From: an uncultured bacterium
GTDB taxonomy: Bacteria > Planctomycetota > UBA1135 > GCA-002686595
Length of the DNA stretch: 64,000 nucleotides
Direction: 5' to 3'
NCBI GenBank assembly: GCA_943787795.1
Contig: CALSNU010000001.1
Coordinates: 576,001 to 640,000, forward strand
Made by a program: the position numbers and the translations under genes. This document shows positions 1 to 10,072 of this stretch, piece by piece (position 1 is the stretch's first letter; each line of letters opens with the position of its first letter). Under the pieces are notes generated by a model, which worked only from the letters and a program-made list of their open reading frames with translations, was not told where the DNA came from and made no database searches.

Positions 1-1
1 G

Positions 2-340
2 CATCGCCGCTCTGCCGAGAGCCGGCAGAGCCTGGTGCTGGATCGGCTCGTGATCGCCCACCTGATCGAGGCCCGCAGCCTGGAGCGCTTCCACCTCCTC
101 GCGGAGCACTCCACGGACTCGCGACTCCGGGAGCTCTTTGCCGAGCTCCTCCCCTCGGAGGCCGCGCACCAGGGCTTCTATGCCAAGGCCGCGCGGAGCC
201 TCTTCGGCCGAGAGCAGGCGGAGGCGCGCATCGCCCACCTGCGGCGGGTCGAGGGGGAGGTCATCTCGACGCTCCCGTTCTCTTACACGGTGCATTCGGG
301 AATGGTCGGCGCGCCGAGTCTGTCGCCAGCGGAGCGATGA
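2..340 (+). CDS. miaE: tRNA-(ms2io6A37) hydroxylase MiaE-like ferritin-fold protein, C-terminal part (truncated by window edge)
   Basis: LDRLVIAHLIEARSLERF and SEAAH (ExxH diiron motif) match the MiaE C-terminal half; frame is open from base 2. Confidence 0.8.
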   Translation, partial: HRRSAESRQSLVLDRLVIAHLIEARSLERFHLLAEHSTDSRLRELFAELLPSEAAHQGFYAKAARSLFGREQAEARIAHLRRVEGEVISTLPFSYTVHSGMVGAPSLSPAER

Positions 341-618
341 GCGGGTCCCCATCGGAGGCGCGCCTCGTCCTCCTCGAGGGGCGGGTGCAGGGCGTGGGCT
401 TTCGCTGGCATGCCCGGTTGGAGGCGCGGGCGCTGCAGGTCGCCGGGTGGGTGCGGAACCTCGAGGACGGAGGGGTTGAGGCGCATTGTGAGGGGGACCC
501 GGATCGGGTCGAAGAGCTCCTCGGTTGGCTCGAGATGGGGCCCGCTGGGGCCAGGGTCGACCGGGTCGATGTTCGTCGCGCCGAGGTCGAGGGCCATGGC
601 GGGTTCGAGATCCGATGA
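337..618 (+). CDS. acyP: Acylphosphatase
   Basis: GRVQGVGFR and GWVRNLEDGGVE signatures, C-terminal FEIR; ATGA overlap with the upstream gene. Confidence 0.95.
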   Translation: MSGSPSEARLVLLEGRVQGVGFRWHARLEARALQVAGWVRNLEDGGVEAHCEGDPDRVEELLGWLEMGPAGARVDRVDVRRAEVEGHGGFEIR

Positions 619-678
619 TCGGGCGACGAGCAAGCTCTGGCCGTGACCTGGGGCAGCGCCGGGCCTAGGCTTCTCTGC

Positions 679-2340
679 ATGGCTCTTCACGTCGCTTGGC
701 TGCTGCTCGCCGGGCTCCTGCTGCCGCAGGAGGTCGCTCCGGCACGCCCCGAGGACCTCACCCCGGCGAGCTGGAACACCGAGGGCGAGCTCCTCCCCGC
801 GGTCGAGCTGCCCCGGATCGACGGCCGAGGGACAGTCAACCTCGGCGAGCTCCGCGGCCGCAAGCTCCTCTTGATCCACTTCGCCTCCTGGTGAGCAGGG
901 TGCCGGAGGGACGTGCCGGTCTGGTACGAGAGAGTGCGGCCCTTGGTCGAGGCCGGCGCGCTGCAGATCATCGGCATCGTCCAGGAACAGCATCCGGATC
1001 GTGCGCAGCTCTATCAGCAGTGGAAGGGGCTGGACTTCCCGATCCTCTGGGATCCGTTTGGCCTCTCGGGCGTGGAGGCGGTGCCGGACCTGACCGCCGT
1101 CGACGAGCACGGGGTCATCCGCATCGCCCGGCCAGCCCCTAAGCTGTTCGAGACGCAGTTCATGGAGGGCTTCATGGGCAGGAGCTTCGAGGCGAGTGAA
1201 GGGGAGCCTGTGCCAGCGACCTTCTTCCAGGTGAACGCGTCGGCGCGCCTGCGGGGGGACCTCTCGACGGAGGATCGGGCGCGGAGAGCGATGGCCCGCC
1301 TGATGCTGGCGGGGCCAACGGCCCGCACGATCGACGGCGAGGTCGATGCGCTGGCGTCGGCGGCGGTCGAGGGGCAGCCTCGCGATCGGTTCCGCGCGGG
1401 GGTCGGCCTGCGGATGCGGTTCGACGGGCCGCAGGCGCGTGCCGCAGACCTCCAGCGCTCCATCGACGCCTGGTTCTCTGCGCTCATGGCCTCGCCGAAC
1501 CAGTACATCTGGCGGCGCCGGATTCAGCAGTGGGGCCCAGCGCTGGACAAGCCCTACGCCTTCTACGACTGGGTGGGCGTCGCCCGGGCGGACATCCAAG
1601 CCCGCGGTGAGCGTCCCGTGCGGCTCCTCGCTTCGCTCTCAGGTGCCGAGCGAGCCCAGAGCTCGCGGGCGGTCCCGGTGCTGCGCAGTGGGGCCGTGGA
1701 GCCCGACCCCGAGGACCGGATCACCCTGGACTCCGGGAGGCTCGTGCGCCTCGAGCATGCGGTGGCCTTGAATACCGCGGTGGTGGGACCGCGGATCCGC
1801 GTCCCTCGGGGATCGCTCCGGCTTCACGTGGTCCTTCGGCCGCGTCAGGGGGCCACCTGGCCGGTGGACGCGGACCCGCCGGTGCTCTGGTTGGAGCCGG
1901 GCGAGGGATGGCTGCTGGCCAGCTCGCTCGTCCCCTTTCAGGCCCCAGGCGTCGGTGGAGAGGGACGCCCCCTGATCGCGGACCTGGAACTCTCGACCCC
2001 GCTGAGGATGCTGGCGCCGCCGGACCCCAGCGCCCCACCCCCCGCGGCGACGGCGACGCTCCGCGGCTATGTGCTCTATTCCGTCTGCGAGGCGGACGGA
2101 ACCTGCGTCTTCCGGCGACAGGAGCTGGAGGCGGTCGTCCGCTTCCCCGATCCGCGGCGCGGAGATTCACCTGCGGACGAGGCCCAGGGGGACGAGGCCC
2201 ACGGGGATGAGGCCCAGCGGGGCGAGACGCAGCGGGGCGAGGCGCAGCGGGACGAGACGCAGCGGGGCGAGACGCAGCCGGACAAGGCGCAGGCGGACGG
2301 GGGTGATGGGGAGAGCCAGAAGGGGGGCGCGGATCGGTGA
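679..2340 (+). CDS. Putative secreted selenoprotein: TlpA/thioredoxin-like domain with UxxC motif (TGA 892-894 read as Sec), helical middle region, C-terminal Cys-pair domain and repeat tail
   Basis: ORFs 643..894 and 913..2340 are in the same frame; readthrough gives LLLIHFASW-U-AGCRRDVP, matching the TlpA FWASWCxxC motif; SECIS-like hairpin at 912-928; hydrophobic signal peptide from ATG 679. Confidence 0.85.
912..928 (+). promoter_or_regulatory. Putative bacterial SECIS hairpin
   Basis: CGTGCC-GGTCT-GGTACG: 6-bp stem with one G-U pair and a GGUCU loop; 17 nt separate the in-frame TGA from the stem. Confidence 0.75.
2177..2290 (+). repeat. Degenerate 15-nt coding tandem repeat ([DG]E[AT]Q[RG]-like, about 7 copies)
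   Basis: DEAQG DEAHG DEAQR GETQR GEAQR DETQR GETQP in the selenoprotein tail. Confidence 0.85.
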
Positions 2341-3350
2341 CGATGAGCGGGCCCCGAAGGACGCTTCTCCTGATCGCGATGGCCATGGGCGCCTGCGCTG
2401 GGCCGAGCTCTGATCCGGCGCACCGGGTCCGCGGGCCGATCGCCGCGCGGATCCTCCAGCCCGCTGCGCTGATCTTTCCGTCGCCGCGCCCGGCGCGGGC
2501 GAGCCTCCCGTCGAGCGGAGACGGGCGTGCGCTCATCGACCTTCAGTACTCGTCCATCTTCGAACAGAACGCGAGCGCTGCTGGCGCCGCGAACTTCGAT
2601 GGTGAGGTCGGGCGTCTGGCAGCCAACATTCTCCTCGGCTTCGGTGAGGGCGTCGCTCTGGGTCTGGAGCCCTCCCTCTTGTTTGCCTCCAGCGGCTTCC
2701 TTGACGCGACGGTGGACGCGTTCCACCAGCTGACAGGCCTCCCTGGAGGAGGTCGGGAGAACGCTCCTCGGGACCAATACGGGATGTCGCTGGAGCGGGG
2801 TGGCGTCACCGCGTGGTCCCTCGAGGAGGACGAGCTCCTCCTCGGCGATCTTCCGCTCACGGCGATGATGACCGTGATCGACGAGGGACCGGGCCAGCCC
2901 GGTATCGCGGCGCGCTTCACCGTGGAGTTACCCACCGGGAGCGAGTCCCGCGGCTCGGGGAGCGGCGGCTGGGATACCGCGGCGGGGGTGGTGCTCGAGA
3001 AGTCCTCAGGCCGCTGGACGTTCACAGGCCACCTCGACGGTGTCCGGGTGGACACGCCGCGCGGGTTCCTCGACGCCGGGCTCGACGTGGACTACCTCCT
3101 CTTCGCGGGCACCGGTGTCGAGTACCGGTGGTCCGACGAGACCTCGCTGCTCCTCCAGCTCCAGTACCGCTCCCCGTTGACCACTGACCTTCCCCTCGAG
3201 GAGATCGATCGCGAGATCATGGACGTTGGCGTGGGCGTGGCCCACGACCTGAGCCGTGAGAGCGCGCTCACGATCTCGTTCCATGAGGACGCGGTCGCGG
3301 CCTCGGGCCCCGACTTCACCCTGTACTTCGGCCTCACGTTCGGCTTCTAG
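2337..3350 (+). CDS. Outer-membrane beta-barrel protein, DUF3187-like, possible lipoprotein
   Basis: Signal peptide with MGAC lipobox-like motif, LPTG...GSG segment, alternating strands, terminal FGLTFGF. Confidence 0.65.
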   Translation: MTMSGPRRTLLLIAMAMGACAGPSSDPAHRVRGPIAARILQPAALIFPSPRPARASLPSSGDGRALIDLQYSSIFEQNASAAGAANFDGEVGRLAANILLGFGEGVALGLEPSLLFASSGFLDATVDAFHQLTGLPGGGRENAPRDQYGMSLERGGVTAWSLEEDELLLGDLPLTAMMTVIDEGPGQPGIAARFTVELPTGSESRGSGSGGWDTAAGVVLEKSSGRWTFTGHLDGVRVDTPRGFLDAGLDVDYLLFAGTGVEYRWSDETSLLLQLQYRSPLTTDLPLEEIDREIMDVGVGVAHDLSRESALTISFHEDAVAASGPDFTLYFGLTFGF

Positions 3351-3363
3351 CCGGACGGGGGCT

Positions 3364-4512
3364 TCAGTCCGCGATCAGCTCCGCCACGGCCTCGGCGTGG
3401 CGGGCGCCGTCCTCTTCACCGACCTCCATGAGGCACCGAATGTAGTCACCCTGGAAGAGGATCGTCGAGAGGAGCTCCTGGGACCTCGCGCGGCGGGTAC
3501 CCCAGCGCCTCGTGAGGAATCGGAAGGTGCCCGGGAGCCTTGGCTCGAATTCGTTCGCGAGGCTCGCGATATCCCTCGAGGGCCGGATCACGAGGCACTT
3601 GATGGGCCGCAGGTGCGAACGTTGCTCAGGCGGGAGCTTCTCGACCAGGCCGTTGATGCGCTCGAGGTGCATGGCGTCCTGATCGAGCACGTCGAGGAAC
3701 GTGGCGCTCATCAGGTTGCCCAGGATCTGCGCGGCGCGCGGCGGCCCCTTGAAGCGCGGCTCGCGCGCCTCTGCCTGGGAGGGGCGAAAGCGCGTGGAGA
3801 TGGCCAAGACCCGGTCCGCGCCGAGGTGGACCGCGGGGGCGAGGGGCGCGGTGAGGCGGACGCCTCCGTCGCCGTACCACTCTCCGTCGACCTCCACGGG
3901 CGCAAAGAAGAGGGGGAGGGCCGCCGAGGCGAGGATGTGGTTGACCCGGAGGTTGGTCCGGACGCTGTGGCGCAGGGGCCGCTCCCAGTTCCTGAATTCT
4001 CTGCCGGCGGTGAACGAGACCGTCTGCCCGGTGGAGTAACGAAGGGCGATCAGGGCGATCGCCTTGAGCCTGCCGGAGTCGAGATTGGCCTGGATCCCGG
4101 GCAGCCCCTGTCCCCCGAAGGACCTCTCCAGGAAGCGACGGAGCGGCGTGCTGTCGACCATCCCGTCCAGGGGTTGGAGCGTGGGCGCCCAGCCGGTGGC
4201 GAGCCGCATGCCGATACAGGCGGCTCGATGGAGGAGCGCGAGCCCGCGCGTCTCGAAGACCGAGTTCACGTCAATGCCGCGCCACAGGGCCTGGAGGTGC
4301 TCGGCGGCCTCCTCGAAGGTGGCCTCGCTGTTGCCGAGGTGCGCCGCGTTGATCGCCCCGGCGGAGATGCCGGTCAGGATCGAGGGGGCGAGATCCGGGT
4401 GCGCCCTCGCGAGCCCGCGCAGCACCCCGACCTGGTACGCGGCCCTCGCGCCGCCGCCGAAGAGGGTCAGGGCGAGCCCGTGCTGCGGCACATCTTGGCT
4501 GGGGCTGGACAT
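3364..4512 (-). CDS. Patatin-like phospholipase
   Basis: GGGARAAY, GISAG (GxSxG) and DGG motifs. Confidence 0.92.
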   Translation of the reverse strand: MSSPSQDVPQHGLALTLFGGGARAAYQVGVLRGLARAHPDLAPSILTGISAGAINAAHLGNSEATFEEAAEHLQALWRGIDVNSVFETRGLALLHRAACIGMRLATGWAPTLQPLDGMVDSTPLRRFLERSFGGQGLPGIQANLDSGRLKAIALIALRYSTGQTVSFTAGREFRNWERPLRHSVRTNLRVNHILASAALPLFFAPVEVDGEWYGDGGVRLTAPLAPAVHLGADRVLAISTRFRPSQAEAREPRFKGPPRAAQILGNLMSATFLDVLDQDAMHLERINGLVEKLPPEQRSHLRPIKCLVIRPSRDIASLANEFEPRLPGTFRFLTRRWGTRRARSQELLSTILFQGDYIRCLMEVGEEDGARHAEAVAELIAD

Positions 4513-4633
4513 CGGATGACAAGCGTGGCGGGGACACGGTCGGCCCGGCGTCGCTCATCACAGTCTGCGGCCCAGGAGGCCGCTTCCGGAACCTCGAACA
4601 GGGCGAAAGGGGTGGGGGCGCCTGCCCCCGAGC

Positions 4634-4975
4634 TCAACGCTCGAGCCGGACCTCCAGCGCGCCGCCGCCGTTGATCTCCCGGACCCCGGTCACGCCCAGC
4701 CGCTGCCCCTCGGGCCCCTGGAGCCAGCGGGTCATGGCGGGCTTGAGGATCCCGTTGCCCCCCTTGCTCCCGTAGCCCTGACCCGTGATCACCTGAACCG
4801 GGCTCCTCCGGACCGCGCGGCAGCGCGTCAGCTCCTCCAGGAGCCTCCGCTCGGCTTGCTGGACCGTGCAGCCGTGAAGGTCCACCTCGTGGATGGCCGG
4901 AGCTTCCTCCTGCTCGCGGCCTCGATCCAGATCTGGATCGAACCGGCGTCTGCGGTTTCGATTCCCGGAGGCCAT
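4634..4975 (-). CDS. Stand-alone Smr domain protein
   Basis: VDLHG, VITGQGYGS and NGGGALEV motifs. Confidence 0.88.
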   Translation of the reverse strand: MASGNRNRRRRFDPDLDRGREQEEAPAIHEVDLHGCTVQQAERRLLEELTRCRAVRRSPVQVITGQGYGSKGGNGILKPAMTRWLQGPEGQRLGVTGVREINGGGALEVRLER

Positions 4976-5073
4976 GTCTCCTATATCGGCCAGGATGGTC
5001 CCAGAATAACGCCCCGGTCGGTGGAATCAGTGCCACCGAGAACCGTCGACCTCAGTCACCCCGCACAAGAGCG

Positions 5074-5295
5074 ATGACCCTCCCCCGCCTTAGCCAAGCC
5101 CTCCTGGCCCTCCTCGCCCTCCCGATCTTCGTCGCCTGCGCCTCGAACGAGACCTCCGCCCCCGCGCCCGTGGGCACGGAGGTGAAGGCGAGCGTTGAGA
5201 CCCAGGAGCTCGATCCGAACGACCCCAACGTCGAGCAGTGCCCGGTGACGGGCGCGCTCCAGCTCAAGTCGGACTCGGGCAAGAGCCCGCACTGA
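5074..5295 (+). CDS. Small hypothetical lipoprotein
   Basis: Hydrophobic leader ending FVAC; CPVTG motif; typical codon bias. Confidence 0.6.
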   Translation: MTLPRLSQALLALLALPIFVACASNETSAPAPVGTEVKASVETQELDPNDPNVEQCPVTGALQLKSDSGKSPH

Positions 5296-5441
5296 GCCTC
5301 CCCGCGCCGCGCCTCCTGGCGGCGGATTGCCAAGGCCAGCCCAGTCGGCCCGATCAGCCTGGTCAGCCCGGGCGGCGACGTGGCTCACCGCCCCTGTCGG
5401 ACGGGTGGGGTCGAACGAGCGTCGCGGGCAGGCTTCGGGAC

Positions 5442-6392
5442 TCAGCTGGCGAGCGCCGCGGCGATGCAGGCGACGTCCACGATGTCCTCGGCGCTGCAGC
5501 CGCGAGAGAGGTCCATGAAGGGACGCTCGAGACCCTGAACGAGCGGGCCGAGTGCCGTCGCGCCCGCGAGGCGCTGGGTCAGCTTGTAGGCAATGTTTCC
5601 GGCGTCCAGGTCCGGGAAGATCAGCACGTTGGCCTGACCGCCGAGGGGCGATCGGGGGGCCTTGCGCTCGGCGACGGCTGGCACGATGGCCGCGTCGACC
5701 TGGAGCTCCCCATCGCTCGTCAGCGCTGGCGAGCGCTCCTTGAGCATCGCGGCGGCGGCGCGCACCTTGTCCACATGCGGGTGCTCCGCTGAGCCCTTGG
5801 TCGAGAACGAGAGGAGCGCGACCTTGGGTGCCTCGCCAACCAGACGCCTGTGACTCTCCGCCGTGGCGATGGCGATGTCCACCAGCTGCTCTGCGCTGGG
5901 GTCCGGGACGACACCGCAGTCACCATAGGTGAGGGCGCGGTCCGGGAAGACCATCAGGAAGCAGGACGAGAGCGTCTTCATCCCGCGCTGGAGGCCGATC
6001 ACCTGAAGCCCGGCGCGCAGGACGTCGGCGGTCGCCGCTTCCGACCCGGCGACCCCGCCCGCGCAGTCGCCTGAAGCCACGAGCGCGGCGCCAAAGGTGA
6101 GTGGGTCGCGCATTCGCTCCGCGGCCTCTTCAGGCGTCATGCCCTTGGCCTTACGGCGTTCGTGGAGCGCCGCGGCGAATCCCTCCGCACGGCTGTCTCG
6201 GAGCGGGTCGACGACCTCCACCCCGGCGGGCACGTTCCCCATCCCCCGAGAGGCCACGAGGACCGGCTGCACGAGGCCCTCCCCGGCGAGCCGCGTCGCC
6301 GCCTGGACCACGCGCTCGTCCGAGGCCTCGGGCAAGACCACCCTGGCGTTCGAGCGGCGGGCGCGCTCGCGGAGCTCGAGGAGCAGGTCCAC
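5442..6392 (-). CDS. pta: Phosphate acetyl/acyltransferase (short Pta form)
   Basis: [36 protein letters not shown] and DLSRGCS motifs. Confidence 0.93.
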   Translation of the reverse strand: MDLLLELRERARRSNARVVLPEASDERVVQAATRLAGEGLVQPVLVASRGMGNVPAGVEVVDPLRDSRAEGFAAALHERRKAKGMTPEEAAERMRDPLTFGAALVASGDCAGGVAGSEAATADVLRAGLQVIGLQRGMKTLSSCFLMVFPDRALTYGDCGVVPDPSAEQLVDIAIATAESHRRLVGEAPKVALLSFSTKGSAEHPHVDKVRAAAAMLKERSPALTSDGELQVDAAIVPAVAERKAPRSPLGGQANVLIFPDLDAGNIAYKLTQRLAGATALGPLVQGLERPFMDLSRGCSAEDIVDVACIAAALAS

Positions 6393-6394
6393 GG

Positions 6395-6739
6395 TCAGCG
6401 CTCCACGCTCTGGAGGACCTCGTCGGGGATATCCATCTCCATCCGGAGGAGCGCGAGCCCGTGGGTCTTGCCCTGGGCATCGGTCTTCAAGGATGCCGAG
6501 CCTCCGCCGCCGAGGCTGTCCTCGAGCAGGAAGTTGAGCACGCCCATGTTGGGGGCCTCGAAGCGGCGGACGCCGCCGTGGTTGATGCCCTTGAAGTGCT
6601 CCTGGACGACCTCCTCGGTGAGGGCGTCGCGGAGGAACCTGTAGGCGGCTTCGGAGCGCGCGATGACCCCGACGTTGGAGCCCTCGCCCTTGTCACCCGA
6701 GCGGGCGTAGGCGATCTGGTCGAGCGTGGCGTGAGTCAT
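6395..6739 (-). CDS. AtuA-related small protein (AtuA C-terminal-like domain)
   Basis: ARSGDKG...NVGVIAR, LGGGG and DAQGK motifs. Confidence 0.85.
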   Translation of the reverse strand: MTHATLDQIAYARSGDKGEGSNVGVIARSEAAYRFLRDALTEEVVQEHFKGINHGGVRRFEAPNMGVLNFLLEDSLGGGGSASLKTDAQGKTHGLALLRMEMDIPDEVLQSVER

Positions 6740-8127
6740 GACGGCCCTCCGGGCTGCAGCTCGTGGACGGAGACGGTGGAGCTGACCTTGGTCTTGTCGA
6801 GCAGCGCCGGCCAGTAGCCGATGATCTCGGTGGCCTTGGGCCTGCCGCCGGCGAAGCCCGTGACGCCCGGCGGCCCGCTGGTGACCAGCGGGACGAGCTC
6901 GGAGCCGAAGCGGTTGACCTTCGCCCGGTCGGGCCCCTTCACGCCGAGCCGCAGGACGACCTCGGAGGGCTCATCGCTCCCCGGGACCGCGACGCCTTCG
7001 TGGCAGACGTTGGCGCCGACGAACTCGACAAGCCGCTCCTCCGCGGCGTATTCGAACCCGTCGTACTTCAGACGATCCCAGACAATCTCGCTCGCCAGGC
7101 GGGCCTTGGCCAGGGCGTCGGGGCCAGAGATGGTGAGCTGCCCCACGGACTTCCAGCCGTCCTGGAAGCTCATCGACACCTTGTAGGTGGGGGTGGCGGG
7201 GGCGCCCTTCACACCGCTGATGCGGACGCGGTCGTTGCCCTCATCGTCGATATGGAAGGACGTGAAGTCCGCCACGACGTCGGGGGTGATGTAGTTGGCC
7301 GGGTCGCCCATCTCATAGCTGAGCTGGTGGACGACGGTATCCCGGGAGACGCGCCCGCCGGTGCCCTCATGCTTGGTGACGGTGAAGGTCCCGTCAGGGC
7401 AGGCCTCGACGATCGGGTAGCCGATCATCGCCATGTTCTCGATCGACTTCCAGTCGGTGTAGTTCCCGCCGGTGCACTGAGCGCCGCACTCGAGGATGTG
7501 CCCCGCGACGGTGCCTGCCGCGAGCTGATCCAGGTCAGCCTCGGTCCAGCCAAACTCGTGGATCAGCGGGCCGATGACGAGGCCCGGGTCCGTGCCGCGG
7601 CCCGTGATCACGATATCGGCGCCCTGGTTCAACGCCTCGGCGATGGGGAAGGCGCCGAGGTAGACGTTGGCGCTGGTGACGTTATCGCGGACCGGGGCGA
7701 GGGGCTCCCCCGTGTCCATGTTGGTGAAGGCCTCGCCGCCGCCCATGAGCCCGTCGAGCTCGTCAAGGATGTCATCGCCCTCGACCACGGCGACCTTGAC
7801 GCCCTCCAGTCCGTGCTTGCGAACGACCTCAAGGACGGCGTCCTTGCAGGCCATCGGGTTCACACCGCCGGCGTTGGCGACGATCTTCACGCCCTTCTCC
7901 ATGGCCTTCGGCAGGACCCGGTCCAGGAGCGTCACGAAGTCAGTCGCGTAGCCCTTGGAGGGGTCGCGCGTCTTCAGCTTCTGCATGATGCTCATGGTCA
8001 CCTCGGCGAGGTAGTCGAGCGTCAGGTAGTCGAGGGGGCCCTCCTCGATGAGTCGAACGGGGCCGAGGATCGAGTCTCCCCAGAAGCCCTGGCCGTTGGC
8101 GATGAGGACCTTGTCCTTGGATTTCAT
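6736..8127 (-). CDS. AtuA (DUF1446) family protein
   Basis: GFWGD, DYLAEVTM, ANAGG, GHILECGAQCTGGNY and YITPDV motifs. Confidence 0.9.
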   Translation of the reverse strand: MKSKDKVLIANGQGFWGDSILGPVRLIEEGPLDYLTLDYLAEVTMSIMQKLKTRDPSKGYATDFVTLLDRVLPKAMEKGVKIVANAGGVNPMACKDAVLEVVRKHGLEGVKVAVVEGDDILDELDGLMGGGEAFTNMDTGEPLAPVRDNVTSANVYLGAFPIAEALNQGADIVITGRGTDPGLVIGPLIHEFGWTEADLDQLAAGTVAGHILECGAQCTGGNYTDWKSIENMAMIGYPIVEACPDGTFTVTKHEGTGGRVSRDTVVHQLSYEMGDPANYITPDVVADFTSFHIDDEGNDRVRISGVKGAPATPTYKVSMSFQDGWKSVGQLTISGPDALAKARLASEIVWDRLKYDGFEYAAEERLVEFVGANVCHEGVAVPGSDEPSEVVLRLGVKGPDRAKVNRFGSELVPLVTSGPPGVTGFAGGRPKATEIIGYWPALLDKTKVSSTVSVHELQPGGPS

Positions 8128-8225
8128 GGCACGCAGTGGATGGGGATCGGGTGGCGTTACCGCGATCCGGGCCGACGAGTCTACCCTCTAGGCCCCCGGC
8201 GCTCCCGCCGCTGGGGCCCCCTCTC

Positions 8226-8819
8226 ATGCGCACTCTCTTGCTCACCGGCTTCGAGCCCTTCCTGGATGTCCAGTTGAACCCCAGCGGTGAGGTGGCGCTC
8301 CAGCTGGACGGCGTCCGGCTTCAGGACAGCCGCGGTGTCGCCCTCGAGGTCCGCGGCAGGGTCCTCCCAGTGGCGTTTGAGCGGGCTCCTGGGGAGCTGG
8401 AGTCGGCCCTCAGGGGCCTCGGCGAGGGGGTCGCCGCGATCGTCTCGTTGGGGGTGCATCGGGGGCCGGCGTTCCGGCTCGAAGAGAGGGCCCGGGCCGT
8501 GTTCCATAGCGACCAGCCCGACAATGACGGCCGGGTGGGGGGCGGGGTCCGGCTCGAAGGCCCGGCGGAGCGTCGGACCTCTCTGGACCTGGACCGCTGT
8601 GAGCTCTGGCTGCGGGCGGCGGGCGCAGGGAAGGTCACTCGGTCCGATGACGCCGGGGGGTACCTCTGTGAGCGGATCTACCGGGCGGGCCTGGACGAGG
8701 CCTCGCGTCTGGATCTTCCGGCCCTGTTCCTGCATGTCCCTCCGGCGGAGCGCATGGGGGTCGAAGCCCAAGCGGGGGTGGTCCGAGGCTTCTTGGACGC
8801 GCTCGCGCGAGAACTCTGA
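8226..8819 (+). CDS. pcp: Pyroglutamyl peptidase I (C15)
   Basis: LLTGFEPF, NPS, DAGGYLCE (catalytic Cys) and FLHVP motifs; start moved to ATG 8226. Confidence 0.88.
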   Translation: MRTLLLTGFEPFLDVQLNPSGEVALQLDGVRLQDSRGVALEVRGRVLPVAFERAPGELESALRGLGEGVAAIVSLGVHRGPAFRLEERARAVFHSDQPDNDGRVGGGVRLEGPAERRTSLDLDRCELWLRAAGAGKVTRSDDAGGYLCERIYRAGLDEASRLDLPALFLHVPPAERMGVEAQAGVVRGFLDALAREL

Positions 8820-8884
8820 GGACCAGAGCAGGCCCAGAGCGGGTGGCCTCGCGCAGGCTGGGCAGCTGGGGCCCTGAACAGGCA

Positions 8885-8922
8885 ACGCCCCCCCCGCCCC
8901 TTGTGGGGGGCGAGGGGGGCGT
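8885..8922. terminator. GC-rich hairpin between convergent genes, possible bidirectional terminator
   Basis: ACGCCCCCC..CGCCCC / GGGGCG..GGGGGGCGT inverted repeat; no clear U-tract. Confidence 0.45.
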
Positions 8923-9004
8923 GAAAGTGGCAAGAGGTACGGTGCGCTGGCTCCCCGTGGAGCCTCCCTCTACGGAGCGCGCCGCCGTCCATCGCCTCTC
9001 AGGC

Positions 9005-10072
9005 TCACTCGGTCTCCATGCTCGTCTTGATGTTGCCTGACATGGCCATCTCCATGCCGAGGTCCATGGACTGTCCGCCCATGTCCATGCCCATCGCCAT
9101 GTCCATTCCGACGTCGAGATCGGCCTGGAGCGTCATGCTGTGCGCGTGGCCCGCCTCGACATTCCAGAGCAGCTCACCCGTGCCTTCAAGGCTCATGGTG
9201 AGGTCCATGCGGTCGACGGTCATCTCGGCGGGAAGCTCCTCGCTCCCCATGGCCTCGGCGGCCATTTCGGACATGTCTGCGGAGGCCGAGATCTCCATCT
9301 CCAGCTCGATCACGGCGACGCTCGTGCCGTCAACGTCGCGCATCTCGACGAACTTGCCGGTGGCTGAACCCTCGACGGCGTCGTCGAAGAACTGGCGGAA
9401 GTCCGACATCATCGCCGGGTCAGGACCCATGCCTGCCTGGGCTCCGTCCACTTCCAGGTCGATCTTGAGGTCGCCGCCAGGCGCCATCACATCCACGAGA
9501 CCCATGAGGTCGATATCGTACGACTCGCCCTCGGCGAGCTCCCCGTCGGGAAGCAGCGCGCGGTAGTCCATGTCCTCGGAGAGGTTCTCGAGGAGATCGG
9601 CGTCGCCCTCTTCACCCTCGGGGAAGGAAAGCTCGTACTCACCGTCTTCGTCGTTCCACGTGAAGATGACGGTGGAGCCTTCGAGCTCGGAGGTGCCTGA
9701 GCCGTTCGGCGACTGGCTCTCCTCTTCACCCATCATGTTGATGACGACGTCCATCTCGAGCTCGGAGCCGACGGCGTCGTAGCTGCGGGAGAGCTTCTTC
9801 GGCTGGCCGGCGGCAAGCGCCACGTACTCGTCGGTGACGGTCGTGGTGGCGACCATCTCCATGCTCATCTCGATGTCCGGCATCATCGGGCTCGGCTCAC
9901 CGTTCATGGTCATCGCCATGTCGTCCATCTCCATGGTCGTGGTCGAGATGAAGGTCTTGGTGAGGGACGAGCCGGCCTTGGGGGCGAACTCGATCTTCGC
10001 GGCCTCGGTGCCGGAGAAAGCGAAGAGGGCGGGGATGGCCACGGCAGTGGCGAGGGCGAATTGGGTGCGCAT
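9005..10072 (-). CDS. Secreted acidic, Met-rich beta-strand protein of unknown function
   Basis: Signal peptide MRTQFALATAVAIPALFAF from ATG 10072; about 39 Met in 355 aa by my count, many in alternating MxMxM patterns. Confidence 0.75.
   Translation of the reverse strand: MRTQFALATAVAIPALFAFSGTEAAKIEFAPKAGSSLTKTFISTTTMEMDDMAMTMNGEPSPMMPDIEMSMEMVATTTVTDEYVALAAGQPKKLSRSYDAVGSELEMDVVINMMGEEESQSPNGSGTSELEGSTVIFTWNDEDGEYELSFPEGEEGDADLLENLSEDMDYRALLPDGELAEGESYDIDLMGLVDVMAPGGDLKIDLEVDGAQAGMGPDPAMMSDFRQFFDDAVEGSATGKFVEMRDVDGTSVAVIELEMEISASADMSEMAAEAMGSEELPAEMTVDRMDLTMSLEGTGELLWNVEAGHAHSMTLQADLDVGMDMAMGMDMGGQSMDLGMEMAMSGNIKTSMETE

Noticed and set aside
643..2340. Two separate genes or a nonsense pseudogene (643..894 and 913..2340)
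   Set aside because: The TGA sits at the redox Cys position and is followed by a SECIS-like hairpin shared with a second gene, so Sec readthrough fits better
3364..4975. Patatin plus Smr as an anti-phage (CBASS-like) system
   Set aside because: No cyclase or other defence genes nearby; the patatin looks like the common stand-alone type
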